From Octopus bimaculoides (lineage: Eukaryota): 45,414 nt of DNA. The position numbers were made by a program, and so were the translations under genes. The stretch is from NCBI RefSeq assembly GCF_001194135.2, contig NC_068982.1:137053110-137098523 (forward strand), given 5' to 3'. The notes under the pieces are model-generated. The model saw only the letters and a list, made by a program, of their open reading frames with translations. It searched no databases and was not told where the DNA came from. Of this stretch, positions 10,939-21,773 are shown piece by piece (the stretch's first letter is position 1; each line of letters opens with the position of its first letter).

Positions 10939-11237
10939 CCAGAATTCCCTTGTATTAATGAATCGAGTGTGTTACGAAAATATATTCGTCGTAAAGGAGG
11001 AGCTTTTGTCTGGCGACGAACACAACAGCGATTACCATATATACGTTTGAATCAAGAATAAATATGCAAGTTATTTTTAATTTCACTATTCACCAAAAAT
11101 ATGATGATTTATTTATGGTTAGCAGGTATCAGCACGGATCAGCGAATAGATTGTTTGCCGGAAACTTATTAACAATAAATATTCAGAAATAATACATTTC
11201 TAAATCTCTCAGTGAGATTTATGCAGTAGTGATACGA

Positions 11238-11653
11238 TGAAGTAGTTATATGCTGTCAACTTAATGTGACAGTCCCCTGAAGGGAACAATACTACTGTTG
11301 GTTAGACCTAGGATGCTGCACCGCTTCCTGTCGGCCTTGACACATTTCTTGTGTCCTTATGTTTACAAGGGGGAGACAAGCACCTCCACCCAGCTAAACC
11401 TGCATCCAGAGACATGTTTCTGAATCTTTGCTCGTCATCAGTCTGGAGTAGCATGACGAGCAAAGACTCAGAAATATGTCTCTTGATGCAGGATTAGCTG
11501 GGTGGAGGTGCTTGTCTCCCCCTTGTAAACATAAGGACACGGGAAATGTGTCAAGGCCGACAGGAAGCGGTGCAGCTTCCTAGGTCTAACCAACAGTAGT
11601 ATTGTTCCCTTCAGGGGACTGTCACATTAAGCTGACAGCATACAACTACTTCA
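11238..11653. repeat. Foldback element: 201-bp inverted arms with a 14-nt spacer
   Basis: 11238-11438 against the reverse complement of 11453-11653 gives 9 mismatches and no indels by manual alignment; spacer CAGTCTGGAGTAGC. Confidence 0.95.
11405..11447 (-). ncRNA. Minimal type-I hammerhead ribozyme (PLE type)
   Basis: Minus strand TCCAGA-CTGATGA-CGAGCAAAGATTCA-GAAA-CATGTC-TCTGGA: 6-bp stem I, GAG/UUC stem II with a non-canonical C.A closing position, palindromic ACAUGU stem III, GUC site between 11411 and 11410. Confidence 0.7.
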
Positions 11654-12503
11654 ATAAATATTCAAGTCATCGCTTTGAATCTTACTGTTCCTTTTAATTC
11701 ACGTTGCTTAAGTCTTTAAAGTTTACTCGGAAATTACCAAAATACAAGACATCAAAGATTGTTGTAATTCAATTATTAATCGTAGTGTCAAGACCTTGAA
11801 ATTCAATAATATGCAGATTTGCCTTTACTTCAGGTACAAACTCATCGTGAAGCTTTCATTTTCCTGTGCAACAGTTTGCATACAAACTGAAATAACTGGC
11901 ATAGCTGTTGATCGATATTTCTAGTATTCTAAGGAGTTATCTTCAGAAATATTCATTACAACCTCTGTTTGTATTTAATGTTGCTGAATCTAACTCAACC
12001 ACAAAATTCGTTTGGACACTTCGTGCAATCAGGGAATTACAGATGATTTATTTCGGAGCTAAAAAGTTATAATCGAATAGTTATAACGAGCGACGAAAAA
12101 TCCGAATCGTAGACACCAATATATAATGTGTTCCAAGAATATCTAAAATTATCTGCCAAGAAATGCTAATAAAGTTTTACCTTCTTAACATCCGTGACAA
12201 ATCTATTATTAAAAGCATCTGTCTTGTTTTAGAGTTAAATTTGACGAATACATAAACTTCTTTCTACACGTGCATTAATTGATCGGTTATTTATTCAGTT
12301 CTCCATAAGACTAAGAAAACCAAGAAATTACTTTGTCGTAATCTATTCAGGAGTCAGGTTAACTCCATTATTATTTCTCAAATTGTCTGCTGTTATTCCT
12401 TTTTTCGTCTTACAATAATCAAACACAACAGCGAGAAATATTAAAACAGGGTTTCTATTAATATTATATTATATTGGCATAGCATTTCATTTATGTGTGT
12501 CTG

Positions 12504-12602
12504 CATTCAGTTTTACTTCAAGATTTCTTGCCAATAGAGAAAGAACCGGTTTCTAACCTAGATCTAAGGCTCCTTCATTGGAATTTCAACATCAACAACA
12601 AA
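12504..12602 (-). mobile_element. Interspersed repeat module X, copy 3
   Basis: Near-identical to 1304-1388 and to the reverse complement of 481-590. Confidence 0.75.
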
Positions 12603-12790
12603 GCATTTTTGTTTGTATGTATGTATGTATGTACTTATGTATGCGTGCAAATTTGTATGTTTTGTTTTATGCATGTATTCTCATGCATATAGTTGCATAT
12701 CTAGACATGCTCATATATATTTGAATGATAAACTTCTGGGAAGTTTTACAAATTTTTACAGTTCCAGTGATGGATCTAACGAAGGACTTA

Positions 12791-12893
12791 TTTAAACAGT
12801 CACCTGAGGAGGCGCATTTTAAACCCTGTATACATGATAATGATTGCACAACGAGTGTAGAAATGTGTCGAAACAATTGTAGTGACTTTTAAA
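12791..12893 (+). ncRNA. Type-I hammerhead ribozyme with full consensus
   Basis: AGTCAC-CTGAGGA (12804-12810); 9-bp stem II GGCGCATTT/AAATGTGTC with 2 G.U pairs; GAAA (12870-12873); palindromic stem III ACAATTGT; GUA site at 12881; GTGACT. Stem I extends by 6 more bp (TTTAAA/TTTAAA) after one bulged C. Confidence 0.85.
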
Positions 12894-12929
12894 TGAAGAA
12901 TGTCGTTCATTCCATTTTCTATCATTTAT

Positions 12930-13135
12930 CTGTGTTTGTGTTGTGTGTGTATCTACGTGTGTATGTCTATGTATCTCTGTGTGTGAGTGTGTGTGTGTGT
13001 ATGTGTAGTTAGGAGGTTTGGTATGTATGCATGAATGCATATAAGCATGCATGTATGTGTGTGTATGTGTATATATATGTGCGTATGAGTATGTGTGTGT
13101 GTGTGTGTGTGTGTTTATATATGTGTGTGTGCATA
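12930..13135. repeat. Degenerate (GT)n/(TATG)n microsatellite
   Basis: Direct periodicity. Confidence 0.9.
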
Positions 13136-13279
13136 ACATACAAATAAATACATAAATCTTTTTTTTTATGCTGAACAATATACATATGAAAAAAGTAGTT
13201 ATATTATTTGTCAGAATAAAAATAGTTTCGGGATTTGTGAAATAACATATAAACTGAAATTCAAGTGTTTGGATTTAAT

Positions 13280-13326
13280 TTTCGCGACCCCAAATGGGGT
13301 CACGACCCGTAGTTTAAGAAGCGCTG
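13280..13326. mobile_element. hAT-like transposon terminus
   Basis: GGGGTCACGACCCGTAGTTTAAGAAGCGCTG|CTCTATAC resembles a Charlie-type 3' TIR followed by an NTCTANAN-type target; partner end not found. Confidence 0.5.
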
Positions 13327-13496
13327 CTCTATACTATAAATTAATTCTATAAGCGCATGTACGAATGTTTAAGAGTTAGATATTGAAATAGTAGCATACA
13401 ACTTATATATGTGTCTATATTTATATGTGAGTGCCCACGTTTTACATATAAAATTGAACTTATATTCTTTTATATTATATATCTAGTAATTATTAG

Positions 13497-13712
13497 ATTC
13501 TTTTCTGCTCTAGGCACAAGGCCCGAATTTTGGGGGGAGGGAGCCAGTCGATTACATCGACTCCAGTACGCAACTGGTACTTAATTTATCGACCCCGAAC
13601 AAATGAACGGTAAAGTCAACCTCAGCGGAATTTGAACTCAGAACGTAGCAACGGGTAAAATACAGCTAAGGATTTCGCCCGGCGTGCTAACGATTCTGCC
13701 AGCTCGACGCCT
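13497..13712 (-). mobile_element. tRNA-derived SINE family A (octopus OK-like), tail type 1
   Basis: Head AGGCGTCGAGCTGGCAGAATCGTTAGCACG, B box GAGTTCAAATTC, tail CCTTGTGCCTAGAG. Confidence 0.9.
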
Positions 13713-14160
13713 TTAGTAAGTCATAGATTCGTTATACAAACTATATTTTCTGTGCTTGAATTATATCATTACAATGAACTTTAAAATATGCGTAGAGAAT
13801 GAGATCTTCTACTGAACACATTCTATGTTTAGTACATGTATTACAAAGGTACTAATTGCATTGCTGATCGAACCACTAACTACAACGACTAAATCTTGCT
13901 TAGATTACACTCTACCATCTGAAAAACAAATATCACATTACGAGGTGAGAGCACTAAGCAATGATGTGTATTAAGGCAATGTTATTACAGGTTCAAATAT
14001 ACCAGTCGCAAGTTCGGACTCATAAACAAACCATTCAATGTGTTTTGTCATTTTCTTGCTGTAGACAAATGGTATGGTATACACCTAAATCAGCTTGCAG
14101 CGCCACCTATCCAGACTGTGATTGTCTCTCTTATCAGGTCTCAGCACCACCGTCCAGTTT

Positions 14161-14208
14161 CTGTAACTGAAGAGGAGATAGCCACTCCGAAATGCTTGCA
14201 TCTCACAG
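14161..14208 (+). ncRNA. Type-I hammerhead ribozyme
   Basis: CTGTAA-CTGAAGA-GGAG(ATAGCCA)CTCC-GAAA-TGC(TT)GCATC-TCACAG: 4-bp stems II and III, AUC site at 14202, stem I 5/6 paired. Confidence 0.8.
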
Positions 14209-14245
14209 TCTGGATAGGTGGCGCAGTGAGCTGATTTAGGTGTAT

Positions 14246-14394
14246 TTACGGTAAAACTATATTTAAAATTTTTTTATTTTTTATATTTTGTATATATTTT
14301 ATTATAAATGCAAAACAACACCACGGAGGAATTGACGGAAGCTTAAATAATAGACCGCGATAAGTGAACCGCGATATGGCGAGGGGTTACTGTA
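14246..14394. mobile_element. Truncated pogo/Tigger-like MITE inserted in the right arm of the foldback
   Basis: Ends CCGCGATATGGCGAGGGGTTACTG|TA, a TcMar-type TIR plus TA; interrupts the inverted-repeat arm near a TA. Confidence 0.5.
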
Positions 14395-14950
14395 CACCAT
14401 TTGTCTACAGCGAGAAATTATAATTTTCAATGCATTTTTTTTTTTTGTAGTATTATCTAAAATTTATTTTAGTCATGCTTTTACTGTCTTTTGCATTTCA
14501 TACTAAAATTCTTCAACTTATAAAGATGAACATAAGGTAACTGGACATATTCCTTTATCACGTTTCCATAACAACACACAGGTCATTTCTATCATGAACT
14601 GAACCACATCTGACCCAGATCATCCATCAAAGTTTGTCTCCAGATAATTTACTGCCAAACACATTTTTTTTTGTTATTATTATTTTCTACATATTGTTAT
14701 CCCTAAAATCTGCTTGGAATTTTTTATGTCAGATAGCTCAGTCAAATGAAATTGCCAGCATTATTTTTGAGGGGGGGGGGTTGATTTTTGTATTGTTTTT
14801 GTTGTTTTGTTGTTTTTGTGTTGTTTTTGTGTTTCCTCTTTTTTTCTTTTTTTTTTTTGCTTAGGTTTTATCTAAGACTTTGTTATTTAACCTTTAACAA
14901 CAATTTCTTCATATAATTTTTAGTGTTAATCTGTTTGGCACTGATATAAT

Positions 14951-15160
14951 ATTCTTTCTACTCTAGGCACAAGGCACGAAATTTTGGGGGAGAGGGCCAG
15001 TCAATCATACTGACCCCAGTACGCAACTGGTACTTAATTTATCGACTCCGAAAGGATGAAAAGCAAAGTCGGCGGAATTTGAACTCAGGACGTAAAGACA
15101 GATAAAATACTGCTGAGCATTTCGCCCGGCATGCTAACGTTTCTGCCAACTCACCACCTT
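14951..15160 (-). mobile_element. SINE family A, tail type 1
   Basis: Colinear with 13497-13712. Confidence 0.9.
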
Positions 15161-15420
15161 TCACCAGCTACATAATGACAAAGTTATTTCACAAAATTTC
15201 TTTATTATTTTCAAAATTAATTGAAAAGAAAGCCAGTGCGTTTCACTAGAAATACAGAAATGATTGAGTTAAAAGCGCTTTCTATGGCTAAATATTCTTT
15301 TCATCATCTTTCAATTAATGGTGCCACTTTCTTATTCATTTCCCTCTATGTATAGCACTAATTGACATAAAGTAATTGATGCTTCCACTAAATTTAACAT
15401 TGTGCAATATATATATATAG

Positions 15421-15900
15421 ACCCAGGAAGACATGGGATGAGGTGGTCAAGCATGACCTTCGTACGGTGGGCCTCACACAAGCGATTACAAAAGACCGAG
15501 ACCTCTGGAGATGCACTGTGACTGCGAAGACCCGACAAATAAAGTTAGTTCACGACTGTATCCTACATCAGTTTCGCATAACCAGCCCCAGCCCATTCAA
15601 AAGTACCTTGTATTGTAGGAGTACCTGCTGTGCTTACCTTGGATCGTAGGGCGACCTGCTGTGCTTGAGGAGACCTATTGAGTCAAGTACATCAACATCA
15701 AATTAAAAATCAAATGGAAATTGTAGTTGTAATACCTATGCCGGTGGCACGTAAAAAGCACCATCCGAACGTGGCTGATGCCAGTGCGCCTTGACTGGCT
15801 TCCGTGCTGGTGGCACGTAAAATGCACCCACTACACTCACAGAGTGGTTGGCGTTGGGAAGGCCATCCGGCTGTAGAAACACTGCCAGATCAGACTGGAG
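15421..15900 (+). mobile_element. RTE-clade LINE 3' fragment (ORF2 end plus 3'UTR, runs into gap)
   Basis: RPRKTWDEVVKHDLRTVGLTQAITKDRDLWR, then GGTGGCACGTAAAAAGCACC repeats and the GTGGTTGGCGTTGGGAAGGCCATCC 3' motif. Confidence 0.85.
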
Positions 15901-16203
15901 NNNNNNNNNNNNNNNNNNNNNNNNNNNNNNNNNNNNNNNNNNNNNNNNNNNNNNNNNNNNNNNNNNNNNNNNNNNNNNNNNNNNNNNNNNNNNNNNNNNN
16001 NNNNNNNNNNNNNNNNNNNNNNNNNNNNNNNNNNNNNNNNNNNNNNNNNNNNNNNNNNNNNNNNNNNNNNNNNNNNNNNNNNNNNNNNNNNNNNNNNNNN
16101 NNNNNNNNNNNNNNNNNNNNNNNNNNNNNNNNNNNNNNNNNNNNNNNNNNNNNNNNNNNNNNNNNNNNNNNNNNNNNNNNNNNNNNNNNNNNNNNNNNNN
16201 NNN

Positions 16204-16600
16204 GGAATTTATAGAAAAACAAAAGATGAAGATAGGTTTATGAACAACAAGCAGGTATATTAGTTTGACGCTCGGGGAAAATGAAAAAGTCTTTTACGTT
16301 TCGAGCCTAAGCTCTTCAACAGAAAGGAATAAGTGAAAATAAACACAGAGAGAATGAAAAATAAAACTTGTAGATTTAGTGGTTAAGCATGGCGAATGAT
16401 TAGAAAAACGTTTGAAAAAAGAGGTTGAAAGAAAAGGAGATAATAAAGTGCTGGTAATCCCAAACAAAGGTGTGTATGTGAGAATGGTGTGTGTGAATGT
16501 GTATTTATACATACGTTTGTGAATTTGCAAAATTCCTGATGTGAAACCGTGTGTTGAAACAGATATTGTTGTATTTTGGGATGGCCACTTCTAGATAATA
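16204..16600 (-). mobile_element. Penelope-like pseudo-LTR fragment
   Basis: Contains the PLE-type ACGTTTCGAGC...CTCTTCAACAG hammerhead signature; boundaries approximate. Confidence 0.5.
16291..16326 (-). ncRNA. Minimal hammerhead with core mutation (CUGUUGA)
   Basis: Minus strand CTTT-CTGTTGA-AGAGCTTAGGCTC-GAAA-CGTA-AAAG; the A6 substitution predicts it is inactive. Confidence 0.55.
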
Positions 16601-17253
16601 CGTTAAAGTTCTACTTATTAGCTTATGCATGCATATACACAAGACATAAGACAGTATGGTGCAGTTTACAGAAAACTGGCTGCTATTTCTGCTATTTTAT
16701 ACCATATACATGCTCCTTTGTTGGCTGAGACAGTGGGTAGTGATTTGAATGGTAAAATGGATGTTATTTCTATCAAGTACATCATCTACATTGTAGACAA
16801 TGTCTATCTCGCTGACTCAGACTATAATATGCAATTACCTGAGATGTTTATAATAAAGATAAGAATATTCATTAATTACATTTCACTATATTTATTGATT
16901 ACTTTTAGGAAGAGAGACAAAGCTTATAGCTTTTTCTAATTCATCTCGACTGATCTACAAGTCAGTAGGTGCACTTGACACGGTTACTAATTAACTTAGA
17001 TTCCTGAATATTAGTCGTTAATGAGAAAAGACGTTGTTCTGTGAGGATGGATTCAGTAATGTTCTAAAGAGACAGAAGAAGCTAACTAATACAGCAATTA
17101 AAATCGTCAGCTTAGAAGCAGCTTTTGATATTGTAACACTGAGATAGTCTACAGTCAACAAAGCAGAAAACATAACTATAACTTAAGAGACATCATTTTA
17201 TAGACTGTTGCTAACTAAAAGAAACAGAAAACATAATCAGATGTTGTTGCCAT

Positions 17254-17640
17254 TACTCTTTTACTCTTTTACTTGTTTCAGTCATTTGACTGTGGCCATG
17301 CTGGGGCACCGCCTTTAGTCGAACAAATCGACCCTAGGACTTATTCTTTTGTAAGCCTAGTACTTATTCTATCGGTGCCTTTTGCAGAACCGCTAAGTTA
17401 CGGAGACGTAAAGACACCAGCATTGGTTGTCAAGCGATGTTGGGGGGGACAAACACACACACACACATATATATATATACATATATACGACAGGCTTCTT
17501 TCAGTTTCTGTCTACCAAATCGACTCACAAGGCTTTGGTCGGCCCGAGGCTATAGTAGAAGACACTTGCCCAAGGTGCCACATATTGGGACTGAACCCGG
17601 AACCATGTGGTTTGTAAGCAAGCTACTTCCCACACAGCCT
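17254..17640 (-). mobile_element. tRNA-derived SINE family B (octopus OR-like, CORE-like) with internal microsatellite
   Basis: GGCTGTGTGGGAAGTAGCTTGC head, GGCACCTTGGGCAAGTGTCTT CORE-like motif, (GTAAAAGA)n tail. Confidence 0.9.
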
Positions 17641-17883
17641 TTGTTTTCTAAATCATTCTCATTGAGCTGACTATGACCAAAGGGTTCCAGTCATGACCAA
17701 CCTATCATTTATTTAAAGATAGTGTATCCACAATCACATTCTTCAGCAAGACATTCCATTTTTATTGATTTGTGAAATATGATTTCATAGAAAATTTGCT
17801 GGAGACTGTCAGAATGATGTAGATGCCTCTGATAAGAAACCAATAAGGTTTGAAAATTGATTAAGGTTGTTCATAATTTTTAT

Positions 17884-18052
17884 AGGCGTAGGAGTGGCTA
17901 TGTGGTAAGTAGCTTGCTTACCAACCACATGGTTCCAGGTTCATTCCCACTGCATGGCACCTTGGGCAAATGTCTTCTACTATAGCCTCGGGCCGACCAA
18001 AGCCTTGTGAGTGAATTTGGTAGACGGAAACTGAAAGAAGCCCTCATATGTG

Positions 18053-18131
<79 letters not shown>

Positions 18132-18364
18132 ATGTATGTATGTGTGTGTATATGTTTGTGTGTCTGTTTGTCCTCCCCAGCATTGCTTGACAACCGATGG
18201 TGGTGTGTTTACGTTCCGTAACTTAGTGGTTCGGCAAAAGCGACCAATAGAATAAGTACTAGGCTTACAAAGAATAAGTCCTGGGGTTGATTTGCTCGAC
18301 TAAAGGTGGTGCTCCAGCATGGCCACAGTCAAATGACTGAAACACGTAAAAGAATAAAAGAGTA
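17884..18364 (+). mobile_element. SINE family B, full length, internal (TA)n expansion
   Basis: AGGCGTAGGAGTGGCTATGTGGTAAG...GTAAAAGAATAAAAGAGTA. Confidence 0.92.
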
Positions 18365-19132
18365 TTGTTTTTAACAGGTCGAGCTTCTCATGAGTTCACT
18401 TCATAATCAGTAAATAGTTGACAGTGTCCACCAAGGGTCTCACACATGAACTTCCCAGTAATCCGTAATAATAATACTTCCCTTTTAACTGTCATGACCA
18501 ATCTATTATGGGAAGTTTAAAAATAAAACTGTACTGGTCAGGTATTCATGTAATAAATATTAAAGGGGATTTGTTTATTTGCAATGTTATCAATGTGAGA
18601 GAAATCATGATGGTACAATTAAATTTGGATTAGAAACACAGTTCACTGACTGAGGAAGCAAAGCAGGCAACTCTGAATATAAACTTATGGTGCTAGAATT
18701 TTTGCATGTGTTTCACGACATTGTGGTGACCAGTTTGTTGTACAGAAGGTTCATAAAAACATCAAGAAATTAGATTAATTGATGATTTCATTATAAAGGG
18801 AGCACTAACTGCATATTTAAGCAATGAGAGAAATTTGATTGTTTACAATGACTTCACCATTAAAAATAATGTTATATTATCTGTTACAGTGTAGCAACAG
18901 GCAGAGGTGAAGACTACGCATCAGCTGATGAAGTTTTATTCATCTAAAAGATGTTCAGAGTTGTGTCCCTTGTTTGCTCAGCCAAAATATAATGCTAGCT
19001 AATGCCAGATTTGTTTTCTTAATCACTGCATTTAACTGAGGTGAGGACATTTCTTGTGTTGGAAACACTGCAAATAATGACACACATTATTGAAAATACT
19101 GTAAAAACCCATGTAATTTTTATTCTTTTCTG

Positions 19133-19307
19133 TTTTATTCTTTTACTTGTTTCAGTCATTTGACTGCGGCCATGCTGGAGCACCGCCTTTAGTCGAGCAA
19201 ATCGACCCCAGGACTTATTCTTTGGAAGCCTAGTACTTAGTCTACCGGCTCTCTTCTACTGAACTGCTAAGTTATGGGGACATAAACACACCAGCATCGG
19301 TTGTCAA

Positions 19308-19357
<50 letters not shown>

Positions 19358-19510
19358 CGACGGGCTTCTTTCAGTTTCCATCTACCAAATCCACTCACAA
19401 GGCTTTGGTTGGCCCAATTCTATAGTAGAAGACGCTCGCCCAAGGTGTCACACAGTAGGACTGAACCCAGATCCATGTGTTTGGGAAGCAAGCTTCTTAC
19501 CACACGCCCC
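19133..19510 (-). mobile_element. SINE family B
   Basis: Colinear with other family B copies. Confidence 0.9.
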
Positions 19511-20839
19511 ATGTTTCACTGCCATGTAGCATGGCTGTCCACACACACACTCACACGTACAGAGACATAAAAGATATACATGGGCAACGGTTTCCTGTTT
19601 TGACACATTGTAATGAAAACAACAATATTCTAAGTTTTTTTTTTTTTTTCAGGGTCTTTTCATATTCTCAGCTGAGTTCCATGTACTTTGTGTATTTGTG
19701 TGTCTGTGTGAGTATTTTTATATTACACAGGTCAGAAAATTGGTGTTGTTAATGTTGCATCCCTTTTTATTTCATAACTTAGCTTTTCAATAAATATTGA
19801 ACAATAAAACAAATATGTTACTGAAACAACTACGAAAATTGATATGTTTTAACTGTGTAAGTCTGCCTGTAGACCAATAGCAGATCAATTAAAACTGTTG
19901 AAGAAATTACCACAGACACATCAATAATTGGCTAAATCTCTTGATCTGGCATGAACCACAGACCAATGAGACTGACAACAGTAAAAGAGAATAAAGGCCA
20001 ATAAAAGGAATGAAAGAATAATGGAATTTCAACACAGAAATAATATAAGCTAAACCAAGTATTGAAGGTGCTTATTCTAAATCTGTCAGATTTGCTAAAG
20101 GTCACTCAAAGAACAAGTTAGTGTTGGCTCAAGTTACTTTACTGACTTCATTCACTTGAATGATAATCAAATAAGATATCTTATTAATAGCGTTGTAAAT
20201 AGATATCAGACAATTAATCTGATCGATTGTGGTAATTTTTACACAATGTTTTGACAACTATATTCTTCTTCTATTGTCTTCACTAGAAATAATGGTGTCA
20301 ATAAAAAGTGAAAAGATGAAATCAATAATTGGATCAATCTATATTATAAAGGAATATTAAACTGTGAAATGCACGGGTGGTGCCTTTAACATTTAACTCA
20401 AATGTGTCCGAAATACCATTAATCACACCTTATTAAATTATGCAGTCTGTTTCTATTGCTCTCGTCTGAGAAGATGAACAGTTATCATTTTTGTATTTGA
20501 CATACTGAATAAAAAAGGTTACTATCTGAATATTAACTACGCAAATAAGTTGAGTTTGAATAGAAATCGTCGTGGTTTTCTATCTAAACGAAAAGAACTA
20601 TGTGAAAAAAAAAAGATTTATCGAGGAAGGTGAAATGAGGTCAATCATTTCTCAGATATTGGTGCCATGTTTGAAAGGAAATAGTTACAACCAAGATTTA
20701 ATGTAGGCCATAGTCTCAGCTAACCAAAACAGTGTTTCTAATCAGTGGCATTTGCAAAAGTCATATTTTTTGATATCTTGAAATTCAGCAATCATGTTTA
20801 GAAAGTTAATCTAATTTACATCAGGAGGTGGGGGGGGGA

Positions 20840-21205
20840 CTCCAAAATGGGTCTCAGGGAGTAGTGTCTCCGTCTTCCTGAGCTAGTTTTCCACCACATT
20901 TCTTAAAAATCGTGGTCAAGGCCTTGGTCTTGGGATCACTCATGCCTAGAAACTGAGGTTGGGGGTAAGCAAGGGCATGCTCCCTGTAGAAAATCCAGCT
21001 CCAAAAAAAGCCTCATGACAGCAAAGGAGAATGAGCATCAGCCAGCCCAAAGGTTGGGGTGGGCTGCACCTGCCTACCTTGATTGCTATGGCTTTGAGAT
21101 AGATCCGGCCACCTCCATTAACAAGGACAAAACCCAGATTTAAAACAAATGACGATGATGATGATGTTGTCATTGTTGCTGTTGCTATTGTTATTGTTGT
21201 TGTTA
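20840..21205 (+). mobile_element. 3' end of an unclassified non-LTR retroelement with (GAT)n/(GTT)n tail
   Basis: GGTTGGGGGTAAGCAAGGGCATGCTCCCTGTAGAAAA motif resembles RTE-type 3' ends; simple-repeat tail follows. Confidence 0.5.
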
Positions 21206-21257
21206 TTTAGTGTCCGATCAGCTCTAATTGGGCAAATGCATTCAGGCTGTAACCATC

Positions 21258-21576
21258 TTTCACTTCCTCGTCACTGGACTATCATCTCTTCGGCCCATGA
21301 AAGAGGGTTTGAGAGGCAAACATTATTCCAGTGACGAGGAAGTGAAAACTGTAATGAAGAAGTGGCTCAAAGAACAGTCAACAGAATTTTACGGGGCAAG
21401 GATACATGCTCTCATTCGAAGGTGGAACATTGCAATTGAAAGAAACAGTGACTATGTTGAGAAGTAGGGATGTGATCCACAGAGAACCAGCTTCATTTTG
21501 ATGTATGATACATGTTCTTGTGTTGGTAATTATACCTGCCCTAAACAATATGGCATTACGTTTTGAATCACCCTTG
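21258..21576 (+). mobile_element. Mariner (DD34D-type) 3' fragment with TIR
   Basis: DYHLFGP/MKEGLRGKHYSSDEEVK...RRWNIAIERNSDYVEK* with a frameshift; terminus GCATTACGTTTTGAATCACCCTTG|TA. Confidence 0.85.
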
Positions 21577-21773
21577 TAAATGGCATCCAAGCAAAACTCG
21601 GTTATTATTTTTGGCAATGCCTTGACTTTGTACAATGTTTCCTGGTAACTGAAATTCCATCTATTGAAAAGTGTTACATCATTGCCACAACAAAGAAATA
21701 ATTCTCTTTCTTGTGGTTTTCAGTAAGAACTTGACGGTTTGAATATTGTAGTTTACATGTCCTTGCAAGGTGT

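Larger units (their letters stand above)
14052..14417. repeat. Interrupted foldback element enclosing a hammerhead
   Basis: Inner arms 14079-14121 and 14203-14245 (43 bp, 3 mismatches); outer arms 14052-14073 and 14396-14417 (22 bp, 1 mismatch); right arm split by an insertion of about 150 bp. Confidence 0.9.

Noticed and set aside
11905-11950. Minus-strand CTGAAGA...GAAA...ATC
   Set aside because: Stems I and II have only 2 bp each; consistent with chance.
16625-16939. 104-aa ORF
   Set aside because: No recognisable domain; composition typical of AT-rich non-coding DNA.
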